In this document: positions 1 through 10,050 of the stretch, piece after piece
Numbering within the stretch: the stretch's first letter is position 1
Layout of the letters: every line of letters starts with the position of its first letter
Assembly (NCBI GenBank): GCA_031407585.1
Contig: JANOIK010000519.1
Location: 1 to 52,722, forward strand
DNA: 52,722 nucleotides
Direction: 5' to 3'
Origin: Planctomycetota bacterium
Lineage (GTDB): Bacteria; Planctomycetota; Planctomycetia; Pirellulales; Lacipirellulaceae
The notes under the pieces: generated by a model
Told to the model about the DNA's origin: nothing
Database searches by the model: none
The model's input: the letters and a program-made list of their open reading frames with translations, nothing else
Translations under genes and position numbers: made by a program

Positions 1-138
1 TATCGATGTAGGGGTTGTGGCAGCAGCAAGGATACCCCGGCATACGTCACCTCACGCTGGGCAGTCCGCTTGCGAAGCGTACCACGTTCCACTGGCTTTT
101 TTCTTCGCCTCAACGTCGCCGTTGTCGTCAATGTTCAT
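1..138. repeat. Terminal direct repeat, left copy (circular assembly overlap)
   Basis: 1-138 is identical to 52585-52722; genes run continuously across the junction. Confidence 0.97.
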
Positions 139-1863
139 CGCGAAGGGGTTTGTGATACTTAGCGTCTCAGTCGTGCTCGTCGGATCGCTGCGCGGGTCGC
201 TGCCGCTTACGAGTTCGATATTGTCGATCGTGAACGTGCCACCCGTGACCGCGGCAGTTGCCTTGCCCAGCACGACGTGAGCGACCAGCGGCTCCGTTTC
301 CCAGTGGTCCGTCTCTTCGTTCCACCGCGCCTCAAAAACGGCGCTGTTCGCAATCACGATCTTCGCCGCGTTGTAGACCGTGATGTTCCCGCTCGACAGC
401 GGCGGCAAGTCGCCCTGCAACGCTTTTACTGTGCCCGCGGTGAACGATGCCGTGCTGGCCGCGACGGACGAGCCCGCCACGCACTGCACGCGGACGTACC
501 GCTTCACCTTAATGAACACCCACTTGCCGCTGTCCCGCAGCAGCAGAATGTCTTCGTTGTCGATCGCGCAATAACCGAAGATGTTGTCCGCGGTTCCGCT
601 GGTGGTCGCGGCCGTCGAGTCGTCGAGATTCTTGCCGGTGTCGAAAGCGAACGTCGTCGCCGTTGCCGCGACTCCCGAGCCCTCGTTCACCTTCGCCTTG
701 ATGATCGCATGCGCAGCGCGTTGCCAGTACACGTAGCGGGCGTTGGCGCGGTCCCACTTGAGAATCCACTTCTCACCCGACGCGGGCAGCCAACCCAGCG
801 TGTCGTAGCAAGTCACCCGCGAGTCCGCGAGCAAGGCCGGCCGCCGCGCAGAGAACGGGGAGCCTGCCGGATTCAGCGTGGCGTCATACGTGACCTTGGC
901 GGCGGCAGGCGAGCCGCTGAGGCTTTCGGCGCACGTCCCGATAAAGAAGTCTACGGGGTTCTCCATCGACACAATGCGGTAGCCAGGAACGCCGGTCGCG
1001 TTCCAGTTGTCCGTAAACTTGACCGCATCCCCACGGTAGCCGTGCCACACCACGGCCGCGGTGTCAGCATCCGTGTACGCCGCCTTGCCGTAGTGCTGGC
1101 CGTAGGCGCCGCTGGTCGCTACCGCTCGCATGTCGACGACGTAGAACGCCGTGGCCCCTGAATTCAGCGTGCCGTCATCGTTGACCGGCTTGGCTAGCTT
1201 CGCGGTGTCCGCGTAGGCCATGTCCTGGGTTAGTTCAAACGGGATGACGAGGCTACCGGCCGTGCCGCCGCGTTCGGTAATCCACTGCTGATTATCCTTG
1301 CGTTGGCTGAGAATCACCCATTCGTTGTCCGCGTAGGTTTGGGCGTACTGGTTCTGGCCCGTTCCCGTGCCGCCAGTGGGCGCGGTTCCCACAAGTGCGA
1401 TGGCGTTGTCGAAATCGAAGGTCGGATCGCCCGAGGCGACGCCGCTGGCTTCGTTCACTTGGGCGTAGATGACGTTGCCACTGGCGGCGCCGGTTTCCGA
1501 CACCCGCACCACGCTCACGCTGCCAACGGTTTCCAGGTCGCCCGTGATGACGTACCCCGAGCCACCGGAGGTCAGCAGCCACGATCCCGAGACCGGCCCC
1601 CACTCTTGGTCAACGGCTGGCGTCGCGGCGTTGTTGTAGCTCGCCTGCACGCCCGGCGAACGCGAGCCCATCCCGTCGCCGTTGTACGGAATTTCGTAAG
1701 GGCCGTTGATGATGTACTGCCGCCCCGAACCATTCGGTTTTCGGACGCGGAAGTATTCGCGGTTGTTTGCGACCTGCCAGAAATCGACCTGCATCACCGC
1801 AAAGGGCGGAACGGTCTCACCGGATGCGTTGTAGAACGGCAGGTTGTAGGGCTGGAGGCTCAT
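52..1863 (-). CDS. Tail-associated structural protein with about 4 internal repeat domains
   Basis: 603 aa, A/T/G/S-rich, distal tail position; repeats VIYAQVNEASGVA / IIKAKVNEGSGVA / VRVQCVAGSSVA / VVLGKATAAV. Confidence 0.7.
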   Translation of the reverse strand: MSLQPYNLPFYNASGETVPPFAVMQVDFWQVANNREYFRVRKPNGSGRQYIINGPYEIPYNGDGMGSRSPGVQASYNNAATPAVDQEWGPVSGSWLLTSGGSGYVITGDLETVGSVSVVRVSETGAASGNVIYAQVNEASGVASGDPTFDFDNAIALVGTAPTGGTGTGQNQYAQTYADNEWVILSQRKDNQQWITERGGTAGSLVIPFELTQDMAYADTAKLAKPVNDDGTLNSGATAFYVVDMRAVATSGAYGQHYGKAAYTDADTAAVVWHGYRGDAVKFTDNWNATGVPGYRIVSMENPVDFFIGTCAESLSGSPAAAKVTYDATLNPAGSPFSARRPALLADSRVTCYDTLGWLPASGEKWILKWDRANARYVYWQRAAHAIIKAKVNEGSGVAATATTFAFDTGKNLDDSTAATTSGTADNIFGYCAIDNEDILLLRDSGKWVFIKVKRYVRVQCVAGSSVAASTASFTAGTVKALQGDLPPLSSGNITVYNAAKIVIANSAVFEARWNEETDHWETEPLVAHVVLGKATAAVTGGTFTIDNIELVSGSDPRSDPTSTTETLSITNPFAMNIDDNGDVEAKKKASGTWYASQADCPA

Positions 1864-3554
1864 ATCGTGACGTTACGTTGGGCGCGGTCCCTCGATTCGG
1901 CGCGGGCCTGCGCTCCGTTGGCTTTACGAATGGCGGCGTCAATTTGCCGGCGTGCAATCGCTTCGGGCTTCTGCTCCCAAGGCGTGATGTAATGGCTGCG
2001 CTCGCAGTCCCACGCGACCGTCGTTTCAGGCGTGCTGGTGGTCGAGAATGACCACGTAACGCTGCGCAGCAAGCCATCGGGCACAAACTTTAGGATGCCG
2101 CTGTAGGCAATCTGCGAAGCGGGGCGCTTGACGAATTTCGTGCGCAGCTCGTCCAGGTAGTAGTCGGCTTGCTTGTGACAGTCCGTTTTGTTGTCGGTCG
2201 CCTTGCCGGACGCCGACGCCGTTTTCTCAATCACTTCGCGGACGATGGAATCAACCGACTCGCGGAAGTTTCCCGCGCCGTAGGTCTTGCCGCGGAGCTT
2301 GCTGGTGCGCGAGTAGTAGAGCGGCACGCCCTCGCTGGTGACTTCGTAAGCGGCGACTAACTCCATGTCGTCGGCAACTTCTGCGATTATGCCAATTGGC
2401 GTCACGGTCAGCTTAAAAATCGGCTTGTCGAACGTGACGATGCGCAGGTCGTTGTTGATCGACACCGAGCCGTCGTACCGCGTGCCTGGTTGCGTGTTTC
2501 GATTGCCGAGGCTCTTGGGGTCCAGGTACACCCCGCGCACGTAAGCGGGCATCCGGGCGCCTGTGAGCGGGTCTTTGTCGAGCACCGTCCCCGTGAACGG
2601 TCCCAGGTCTTTGAGGCTCTTGGGCTCGTAATCCGTTCCCTTCAATTCGAGCGGCGAGAATCCGCCAGCCACTTGCCCCGTGATGCGGAAGCAGCGGAAC
2701 ACGCTCGCTTCGGCTAGGTCGCGATGGTAGAGCGTGCGCCCCGTCGCCTTGTCGACGTAGGTTGTATTGAGATTCGCGAAATAGGTTTTGCCGCCCAGCA
2801 CAAACGGCATCCAACCGCCCGGCGGCTTATAGCTCACGGTCTCGGCTGAAACGTAAGTGCCGTCGACTTCCAACGCCAACGAATCGCCTAGTTCGAGCGC
2901 CGACTGGTAGAGCGTATTCCCGCCCGTGATTTCGATAGCGTCGGGGATCGGCGGCGAAGTCTTGGCGTCGGCTCTGGACTTGTGGGCTTCCCCGCGCGGG
3001 GGCGCCGTCCCTTTGCCGAGCTTGACGATGTACGCCTTGTCGGTCCACGGGTTGTAGCCGGGCGCGCAGTCGAATTCCTGGCAGAGCCGGTCGAGTTCTT
3101 CGCGGGGGCCGGCTGCTCGCCAGAATCGCGGCGGGCGGGGTTTCGACGGGAGGGCGGACACGTTGGCGTCCGACTCCCCGAGCGCCGCGAAAATAATCTG
3201 CGCCAACTCACGCGGCGATTTCTCCCGTACCAGCTTGCCGTTCTTTAGCTCGCGGTTGTAGTCGCCGTCCAGGGCATCACCGTACTGCCACTTCCACCGC
3301 CGATCTTCGACGGTCCAATTGACCGCCGGGGCTTCCGTCGTGCTGCTGGGGCTCACGGGCGCGACCAGCCGGCATTCGTTCAGCCGCAGCATCGTGCGCC
3401 GAAAGTGCAGCTCCAGCGGCCCTACGTCGTTCACGCGGCCGAAGTCGGACGGCGCGGAGATGCGGGCCACGCCTGGCGATGAACCAAGCTCCAGCGTGTA
3501 CGTACAGCCGTACCCGCGTTTTTGGTCAACGAATTCGGCGTAGGCGTCCGGCAT
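1860..3554 (-). CDS. Putative tail tip / baseplate hub protein
   Basis: 564 aa ORF in tail module, 4-nt overlap with next gene; function inferred from position. Confidence 0.55.
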   Translation of the reverse strand: MPDAYAEFVDQKRGYGCTYTLELGSSPGVARISAPSDFGRVNDVGPLELHFRRTMLRLNECRLVAPVSPSSTTEAPAVNWTVEDRRWKWQYGDALDGDYNRELKNGKLVREKSPRELAQIIFAALGESDANVSALPSKPRPPRFWRAAGPREELDRLCQEFDCAPGYNPWTDKAYIVKLGKGTAPPRGEAHKSRADAKTSPPIPDAIEITGGNTLYQSALELGDSLALEVDGTYVSAETVSYKPPGGWMPFVLGGKTYFANLNTTYVDKATGRTLYHRDLAEASVFRCFRITGQVAGGFSPLELKGTDYEPKSLKDLGPFTGTVLDKDPLTGARMPAYVRGVYLDPKSLGNRNTQPGTRYDGSVSINNDLRIVTFDKPIFKLTVTPIGIIAEVADDMELVAAYEVTSEGVPLYYSRTSKLRGKTYGAGNFRESVDSIVREVIEKTASASGKATDNKTDCHKQADYYLDELRTKFVKRPASQIAYSGILKFVPDGLLRSVTWSFSTTSTPETTVAWDCERSHYITPWEQKPEAIARRQIDAAIRKANGAQARAESRDRAQRNVTI

Positions 3555-3622
3555 CTGTCACTATCTGGCAATAATTTCGAGAAATTCGGGACAATTTCTT
3601 CGCGAGATTGCGTAAGTAATAG

Positions 3623-4939
3623 TTAGGCATCCGCGTAGTAGCTCACGTCCACCTGCTCTGGCGAGCACCCCAGGTAGGTAATCGTGGGGCTGTAGCTGCC
3701 AGCCCGGATGATCGACCGTCCGTAGGCGTTCAGTGTCCCGAACGTCTTGGCCCCCGACGCCGTGGAGAGGTCCAGCGTCGCATCCGTGAACACGGCTATG
3801 GTTCGGCTGGCATTGGTCCCCGTGCCGCTCCAGGTGAACGTCCCAGCCTTCACGTTGACGTTATCCAGGTTGCCGCCGCGGGCCTCTACGTCGCCCCCTA
3901 GTTGGTTGAGCGTGATGGCCCCGCCGCCGTTCGCCAAAGGCGCGTTACTCACCACCGTGCCGCCGTTGATGGCTAGCGTACTGGCCGCCGTGAACACGGT
4001 CGCGTCCCCGAACACAACCAGCGTCTCGGTTTGCTGGAGAGCCACGGCGCCGATCGTGAACGTGTCGATGGTCGTTCCCGACATGCTCGCCTCTTCGGGG
4101 TCGATGAGCACGTAGCCACGGCGGACAATCAGCAGTTGAAGCGTCCCGCCCGCAAACTCGATATTGGGCTGCGCGGGGTCTACGTCGCCCGCGTCGATGA
4201 CCGTGAGAGAATTGATGGATTGGCTGGCCCCGTCGAGCCGCGTGATGCCGCCTCCCCCACCATTCGCCCCGGCGACAAACGTGATGTCCTTCGCGCCCGC
4301 CGCGTCGTAGAGCTGCAAAAACCGCGTGCGATATTCGGGATAGCCGGCTTCGTTCGTGGCGGGCAGGCCGATTTCTTCTTCGTAGTCCGTGGTCCGCTTG
4401 AAATGGAACGCGAGCGTATTGGTTCGGAAATACGAGAGTCCGTACTTCATCGCTGGCGCGCCCGGCAGATATTCCCATGAGTCGTCATTCGCCGGCAGCG
4501 CGCCGCTCAACCAGTTCTTGGCGTTGTCGGCATGGTGCGGACCCGTGGGAACGACCGTCGCGGCAATCGCCAGTGTGCCCGTGCCCGCCGTCGTCTCGCT
4601 CACTGTGGCCGTGAAAGGCTGCCCGTCGTCGCGCGTGGAGGTGAGAATCACGGTCGAGCCGGAAAGCGTCGCCTCAAAATCCGTAAATTCGGGAATCTCC
4701 TGCCCGCCGATGTTGCGCGTCTCGGTTAAGAACAGCCCCTCGGTTTTGCTGCTGGCGTTGATGGCCGCCACAAGTTCGGCCGCCACGCCCGCCGTCGTCG
4801 CCGACGCTACTGTCACCGTGAGCGTTCGCCCGTTGACGATGACGTTTGCCGTATCGCCCGGCGCCCAGGTGTTCGCCACCGTGATTGTCGAGACTTGACG
4901 GATAAGGGTGGCGCCTCCCACCCAGGTAGCTGTAGCCAT
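3623..4939 (-). CDS. Virion structural protein (beta-rich)
   Basis: 438 aa, T/G/A-rich, tail module. Confidence 0.6.
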   Translation of the reverse strand: MATATWVGGATLIRQVSTITVANTWAPGDTANVIVNGRTLTVTVASATTAGVAAELVAAINASSKTEGLFLTETRNIGGQEIPEFTDFEATLSGSTVILTSTRDDGQPFTATVSETTAGTGTLAIAATVVPTGPHHADNAKNWLSGALPANDDSWEYLPGAPAMKYGLSYFRTNTLAFHFKRTTDYEEEIGLPATNEAGYPEYRTRFLQLYDAAGAKDITFVAGANGGGGGITRLDGASQSINSLTVIDAGDVDPAQPNIEFAGGTLQLLIVRRGYVLIDPEEASMSGTTIDTFTIGAVALQQTETLVVFGDATVFTAASTLAINGGTVVSNAPLANGGGAITLNQLGGDVEARGGNLDNVNVKAGTFTWSGTGTNASRTIAVFTDATLDLSTASGAKTFGTLNAYGRSIIRAGSYSPTITYLGCSPEQVDVSYYADA

Positions 4940-4940
4940 T

Positions 4941-5699
4941 TTATCGCCTCACTCGCGGCACGCCGAATAACGGCCCGTCGCTCAAGAATTGGTAGGACCA
5001 ACCAACGCTGGCCCGGAAACTTCCGTCGCCTTGCGGCTCCAGGTTCTTCACGATCTCGGTCTGTTCGCTGTCGAGTAGCTTGGGCCACAGCGGAGCGTTG
5101 GGTTCGGGGTAGAATCCGCTGTTCGCGATGATGTCGACCGAGCCCGTCTGCTGCGCCAACACGGGCGTGCGATCGGCCAAGATGTAGATGCGCGGCGGGC
5201 CTCGGTCCACAACGTCGACCGCGCGCCGTGGCCCCCCGTCGCCGCGCACTGAAATCTGCTCACGATAGCCCGTCACCGTACTGCCCCGTGGCCCACCGCC
5301 ACCGCCGGGCGCGAAGCTCGGCAGGTATTCGGCCATGAAGCCAAACGAGCCCTTCAGGTGCGTGCAGTAGTCCGCCCCGTCCTCGGGAATCACTGAGGGC
5401 AGTTGCGTGACCATCGTTCCCGAGAGCGTCTTGCTCGAATCAATGAAGATGGCCGATTTCGCCCCGTCGTCTTGGTAGAAACCAACGTCGATCCCATCGC
5501 GTGAAACGGCGTTCCAAATCTGATTAAACCGGGCCGTAATGGCCGCTTGCGTATCGCGCACGATGGTGAATTCGACATCGAGAATCGTGGTCATTTTCTC
5601 GACGATGACCGTATCGCTGCGCGTGAGCGTGCCCGTTTGGAAGTTCTTGAGCTGCACTTCCCCCGTCTCAAACGCAAAGCTGCCGGCCTTGAAGTACAT
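4941..5699 (-). CDS. Putative distal tail protein
   Basis: 252 aa, first same-strand gene after the tape measure. Confidence 0.5.
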   Translation of the reverse strand: MYFKAGSFAFETGEVQLKNFQTGTLTRSDTVIVEKMTTILDVEFTIVRDTQAAITARFNQIWNAVSRDGIDVGFYQDDGAKSAIFIDSSKTLSGTMVTQLPSVIPEDGADYCTHLKGSFGFMAEYLPSFAPGGGGGPRGSTVTGYREQISVRGDGGPRRAVDVVDRGPPRIYILADRTPVLAQQTGSVDIIANSGFYPEPNAPLWPKLLDSEQTEIVKNLEPQGDGSFRASVGWSYQFLSDGPLFGVPRVRR

Positions 5700-5724
5700 C
5701 TAGACCCCTCCGCGGGAGGGGAAT

Positions 5725-5753
5725 TTGACGGGCGCGGAGTTGCTGATTAGCTT
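5725..5753 (+). promoter_or_regulatory. Putative sigma70-type promoter for the inverted gene
   Basis: TTGACG-17nt-TAGCTT, 6 nt upstream of ATG 5760. Confidence 0.45.
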
Positions 5754-5759
5754 GTAGGC

Positions 5760-6056
5760 ATGAGCCAAGGGACCAATCCGCAGCCCCCAGCGCAGCCGCC
5801 CAAGGTGGCCGTGGTACGCATTACGGAAGTTGACCTGTCGTGGCGCACGGTGTTTCGGTTGACTTGGAAGTTCGCCGTGGCGAGCGCCGTCATTAGCATG
5901 GCCGTGATGATTCCGGTCTGGATCAACGCCGCAGTCAACCGCTGGCAGGAACACCGCCGCATGGAAGAGATGCGCGAGGCGACCCGCGGTGGCGATGCTG
6001 CCAATAAATCTCTCGACAGATTGCTCGGCCCCCGGCCGGAAGACAGAGCGGAGTAG
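5760..6056 (+). CDS. Small single-TM membrane protein, inverted in the tail operon (moron-like)
   Basis: 98 aa, hydrophobic segment FAVASAVISMAVMIPVWI; fills the gap between tail genes. Confidence 0.65.
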   Translation: MSQGTNPQPPAQPPKVAVVRITEVDLSWRTVFRLTWKFAVASAVISMAVMIPVWINAAVNRWQEHRRMEEMREATRGGDAANKSLDRLLGPRPEDRAE

Positions 6057-6060
6057 CGAG

Positions 6061-7635
6061 TTAGCCTCCATTGCGCAGGCCCTCCTCGATGTCTGCGATC
6101 TTCCGCACCAGCAAGTTCATCGCATCGGCGAGCTTCTTAATGGCTTCCGAGTTCTTCTTGTAGAAGTCCGCGTACTGAGCCTCTAGCGCCTTTTTCTCCT
6201 GCTCTAGCTTCGCCTTGGCCTCCGCGGCCGTCGTTCCGTCCGTTAGTTTTTCGAGTGCCTTGACGACATCGGCGAGCGATGCCGCCGCGTCCTTCAGGCC
6301 ATCGCCGGCGCCAGCCAGTCCATCGAAGAAGTCGGCGCCCCCACCGGCGGCCGCGCCGTCCTTCGCGTCAATCGTGTCAATGACGCCACGCCCGCGCTCG
6401 CCGGTATTTTGGGCGAAGAAATCACGCTCCTGCCGCGTCGTGTCTTGGCCAGCGCGCAGCTTGTCGCGAATGTCTTTGAGTTGCTGCTGTTCAATAGCCG
6501 AGAGCCGGCCGAACTGCGCCTGAAACGACTGGAGCTTTTGCTGCTCGATTTCAAGCTGCTGGCGAGCCGAGTCGATGAGCCTCTCTTGTTTCTCAATTTG
6601 CTCAATCTTGGCGTCGCGAAGCCGCAACTCGTCTTGCAGCGCACTCTTTTTCAGGGCGTCGATTTCCTTTAACGCGGCGATCTCTTTCTCGTATAGCTCA
6701 AAAGCGAAGTTGAGGTGCGGAATCGCTCCTTCGCCGGGATACATCTCCCCTTCGCTTTCAAACTCGCGAGCGCTCTCGTGGTAGGCGCCCGCTAGTCGTT
6801 CCAGTTCGGTCATCTTTCCTTGCGCGTCCGCAGCTTCGCGGTAGGCAGCGGAAAGACGCTCGGCCATGTCGAGTGCGGGCCGGAGTTTATCAATCTGCCC
6901 TTGGTTGAATTCGCGAAACGCTGCGGCTGCCCTTTTAGCCGCCTCGGCGGCTTCCTCTTCGCTCGTAGTGAACGCATCCCACGCGGCTACCGACGCTAAC
7001 AAAGCAACGATAATCGCGGCGATGGCAACGCCTACCGGCCCCAATTTGGCCGCGAATGCAGCCGCGCTAATTGACGCTTTGCTGTACAGCTCCCCCATCC
7101 CCATAGACTTGGCAATCGCCTGCGCCGCGTTGACGGATTGCTGGGCCTTCGCCATCGCTTCCAGGGCGGCGTTCATCCCGCGGACAATCTGAATCGTTCC
7201 CTTAAATAAATCAAAGTACGCTTGCACTTGTGCAAGACCGCGAATCATCTTCGCGAAGGATTCGTCGCTGCTGGCCCCTAGAAGAATTGCGGCGCGACCG
7301 AGGCGAAAGAACCCTTCGCCCATTTGCTGCGCGCCGCGCAGCGCCTTCATTTGCGAATCGTGCGCCTTCTCAATGTGCTGGTTGTAGGCAGCCCAAGTTC
7401 CAGAATCCGGCGCACCGCCGCGCGAGCCGCCGCCGCCGATGCCGCCACCCATGCCTGCCGCTTGCGCCTGCTGCGCGCGCACCGCCGCCATCTTGGCTTC
7501 CTCTGCCGCAATGCGCTGCACGATGGCTAGCTCGGCTTCGCGAGCTTTAAGAATCGCGTCGAGTTGCGGGGCCTTGAGTTCAACCTTCCCTGTTTCCAGG
7601 TGGATGATAATTCGGCCTTCACGAACTGTTTCCAT
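6061..7635 (-). CDS. Tape measure protein
   Basis: 524 aa, Ala-rich helical with a hydrophobic stretch; follows tube and chaperone genes. Confidence 0.75.
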   Translation of the reverse strand: METVREGRIIIHLETGKVELKAPQLDAILKAREAELAIVQRIAAEEAKMAAVRAQQAQAAGMGGGIGGGGSRGGAPDSGTWAAYNQHIEKAHDSQMKALRGAQQMGEGFFRLGRAAILLGASSDESFAKMIRGLAQVQAYFDLFKGTIQIVRGMNAALEAMAKAQQSVNAAQAIAKSMGMGELYSKASISAAAFAAKLGPVGVAIAAIIVALLASVAAWDAFTTSEEEAAEAAKRAAAAFREFNQGQIDKLRPALDMAERLSAAYREAADAQGKMTELERLAGAYHESAREFESEGEMYPGEGAIPHLNFAFELYEKEIAALKEIDALKKSALQDELRLRDAKIEQIEKQERLIDSARQQLEIEQQKLQSFQAQFGRLSAIEQQQLKDIRDKLRAGQDTTRQERDFFAQNTGERGRGVIDTIDAKDGAAAGGGADFFDGLAGAGDGLKDAAASLADVVKALEKLTDGTTAAEAKAKLEQEKKALEAQYADFYKKNSEAIKKLADAMNLLVRKIADIEEGLRNGG

Positions 7636-7915
7636 GACGCCTCGCTACATCTTCCCAATAGTCACGATCCGCCGTGAGTTCTAAATACTTCCGCGCGTAT
7701 TCGTCGCACACTTCCACTAGGGAGCGTTGCAACGCACGCACGGCCTGCATGTAGTTCTCGGCCGTGACCAATTCGGGATGGATGCAGCAGGCTTTGGCCC
7801 GCTCGCGAATGAGATAAGCGATCCGCTCGGCAATCTCGCGTCTTACATCGCCTTGGCTTTCACGAGGTTGGCTAGAATCTGCTCTAGCCTCGTTTCGTGC
7901 TTCGTTCTCAGCCAT
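7619..7915 (-). CDS. Hypothetical protein
   Basis: 98 aa ORF bridging chaperone and tape measure genes; start uncertain. Confidence 0.45.
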   Translation of the reverse strand: MAENEARNEARADSSQPRESQGDVRREIAERIAYLIRERAKACCIHPELVTAENYMQAVRALQRSLVEVCDEYARKYLELTADRDYWEDVARRHGNSS

Positions 7916-8271
7916 CGGTCAATGATCTCCACACGCGATAAAGCGGCCTCGATTATACCAGCATTCCGCGTCACAATCCCGTCTTTTGGCCAGCGGCCCG
8001 TGGCTTTGCATTCCAGGTAGTGCCGGTACGCCCGGCGGTTCTTTGCGCTCAAACTTCGGGGGTTTTCGGGGGTTCCGTTGGCACACCCGATAGCCGGGAC
8101 GCGACACGGCGGCTGGTTGCCCGGTGGACGCAACACGGGCAGCAGCTCACCGTGCGCGTCACGGCCATATTTCTGCCGGCGAATTGCGCCGGTTTCCTCG
8201 TCAAATTGATACTTCTGACAGACGTTGCAATCGCGTCCTGAAACCGGGGGATGCATCCCGTCGAGCATCAC
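7843..8271 (-). CDS. Tail assembly chaperone, frameshifted part (lambda T-like)
   Basis: Lies in the -1 frame after the slippery site of the upstream gene; Cys motifs. Confidence 0.65.
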   Translation of the reverse strand: MMLDGMHPPVSGRDCNVCQKYQFDEETGAIRRQKYGRDAHGELLPVLRPPGNQPPCRVPAIGCANGTPENPRSLSAKNRRAYRHYLECKATGRWPKDGIVTRNAGIIEAALSRVEIIDRWLRTKHETRLEQILANLVKAKAM

Positions 8272-8729
8272 CCCGCCGTAGAGTTTTTTGCGTCGTTCTC
8301 CACGTCGTCATCGGTCGCCTCCACGCGCACGCTATCTACCATCCGGTAGTCGGGGATGTCGTCGCCGAACACGATCCCTTGGAAGCGAGCGAACAAGGCG
8401 GGGCGTAGCGAGTTGAGCGATTCCGCCGACAGCGGCCGATCCTTGCTCCAAGTGCTCACCCGCTCCATCAGCATGGCGAACAGTATTTTCTTTCGCCCCT
8501 CGGGGGACTGTTCTTCTGCGATCTTCTCCAGCCGTTTCTTTTCCTTGGCGGCGTTCGGTCGCGCACCCGGCCGCTCGATGGCCGTTGGCCCCGTGTAGAG
8601 CAGCCGTAGCGCGTCGCTGAGCGCCGGCCCGGCGAATGGCCGGTAGGTAAATTCCATGCCGCCATGCACGCTGGGAACCGGGTCGATGCCCACGGTTTCC
8701 GTGTATCCATCGTCAATAAAATCGTCCAT
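8268..8729 (-). CDS. Tail assembly chaperone (lambda G-like)
   Basis: 153 aa, after tail tube; ends ..AKNSTAG with A AAA AAC. Confidence 0.7.
   Translation of the reverse strand: MDDFIDDGYTETVGIDPVPSVHGGMEFTYRPFAGPALSDALRLLYTGPTAIERPGARPNAAKEKKRLEKIAEEQSPEGRKKILFAMLMERVSTWSKDRPLSAESLNSLRPALFARFQGIVFGDDIPDYRMVDSVRVEATDDDVENDAKNSTAG
8283..8289 (-). other. -1 programmed frameshift slippery site AAAAAAC
   Basis: GCA AAA AAC; the -1 frame reads KKLYGGVMLDGMHP into ORF 7843-8271. Confidence 0.7.
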
Positions 8730-8761
8730 TGCGTCCTCATGGTCCTTTTGCTGTTAGAGGG

Positions 8762-9661
8762 TCATGGCGTTAAGTCCACCGTCGCTGTCATTTCCGCACC
8801 CAGCGCCGTGCCGCGAATCTGCGCCCGGACTGGCAGCACGATCTCGCCGTTTTGGGTCCGCGCCGAATTGTCGGGAATCTGCACGCGACTGAACGTGAAC
8901 GTCGTCGAGCACGCGCCGTTCGTGAGCACGAGCGAGCCCGCGGCGCCGTCCTTCGCGAGACTGTAGAGGTTGCCCACTTCCGTAGACGTGCAGGGCACGT
9001 TGGCCTCCAGCGTGATGCTGCGCCGGCCCTTGCGGAGAATGTGAACCGCCGTCAACGAGTTGGCGAACGTCGCTACGGCCCCGTTATCAATGGTGAGCGT
9101 AAAGTCCAGGATGGTCCGCGCGCTGCTTGCGAGCGTGAGCACCAAGTCGGAGTGCGTGAACGGCTCGGCAGCGACAGAGCCCGAGGGCAACGCGGCGCCA
9201 ACGAACGTGGCTACGTCCTGCCCTTCGCTCTTGCCGATGATGTCCATCGCGCACGTAATGAGCCCGCCGGCCGTACCCCGGATCGTCATTTTATTGACGA
9301 TGCACCCCAGGTAGTTGAACACGTCCGCGCCGCGCTCCGCGAGTACGCCGAATTCCACCAAGGCGTCGGCGAGCGTCGGCGAAGTGGCCGTACCGCCGCC
9401 CATCACGCGCGTCAGCCATGCCCCAAAGAACGCCGGCGACGGTTCGCAGGTGAGCGTGCCTGCCACTCCGTAGGGAGCGTACCGCGACCGGGAAACGTCC
9501 TCGCGCGCCGAGCCCATGAGCCCTTCGGCGTTGAGGATTGTTTGCGTCTTGACAATATCGCTGCCGGGATCGAAGTCCCAGGCATCGCTCGAGCCGCTAA
9601 ACGTCGGCGTGGCCCCGTTCTCGAACGACCACCGATTCACGTACTGCGCGGTTCCGGCCAT
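8762..9661 (-). CDS. Major tail tube protein
   Basis: 299 aa, beta-rich tube-like sequence (FTLTIDNG, ITLEANVP), canonical position. Confidence 0.8.
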   Translation of the reverse strand: MAGTAQYVNRWSFENGATPTFSGSSDAWDFDPGSDIVKTQTILNAEGLMGSAREDVSRSRYAPYGVAGTLTCEPSPAFFGAWLTRVMGGGTATSPTLADALVEFGVLAERGADVFNYLGCIVNKMTIRGTAGGLITCAMDIIGKSEGQDVATFVGAALPSGSVAAEPFTHSDLVLTLASSARTILDFTLTIDNGAVATFANSLTAVHILRKGRRSITLEANVPCTSTEVGNLYSLAKDGAAGSLVLTNGACSTTFTFSRVQIPDNSARTQNGEIVLPVRAQIRGTALGAEMTATVDLTP

Positions 9662-10050
9662 TATTCACCTTCGCTTTCGGCGTCATACGCCTCGGATTGC
9701 TCAATCGGTCGCGTGGCATCGGGGCCTGCCGGGGCTTCTGTGGCCGCTGCACGCTTGCTGGCCCGCTCTTGGGCTTTCTTCTCGGCGCGTTGCTTCTCGT
9801 CCGCCTTGGCGTGGTGGAGGGCCTGGAGCAAGGCATTGGGCTCCTCTTTCGTCCCCGCGAAGTTCGTCTCGCCACCGTCCGGGTCGCGCAGCACCGCCAC
9901 GGTACATTCCAGGTCGTGGTCGATCCGGCAGCCGTAGCGAGTGGTCGAGTGCTCCAACGCGGCGGGCGGCTTTTGCCAGCCCTTGCTCGCGTCGAAACCG
10001 ACGCCTCGGACGGGTTGCGGTTCGCCCGGTTCATTTCGTTTGATCTTCAT
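9661..10050 (-). CDS. Hypothetical protein
   Basis: ATG 10050 overlaps the upstream stop. Confidence 0.55.
   Translation of the reverse strand: MKIKRNEPGEPQPVRGVGFDASKGWQKPPAALEHSTTRYGCRIDHDLECTVAVLRDPDGGETNFAGTKEEPNALLQALHHAKADEKQRAEKKAQERASKRAAATEAPAGPDATRPIEQSEAYDAESEGE

Noticed and set aside
1-138. Terminal repeat as a biological DTR
   Set aside because: It cuts through coding genes and is of assembly-overlap length; most likely a circularisation artefact
3555-3622. AT-rich spacer with palindrome AATTTCGAGAAATT
   Set aside because: Single short instance; no second copy noticed to support an operator
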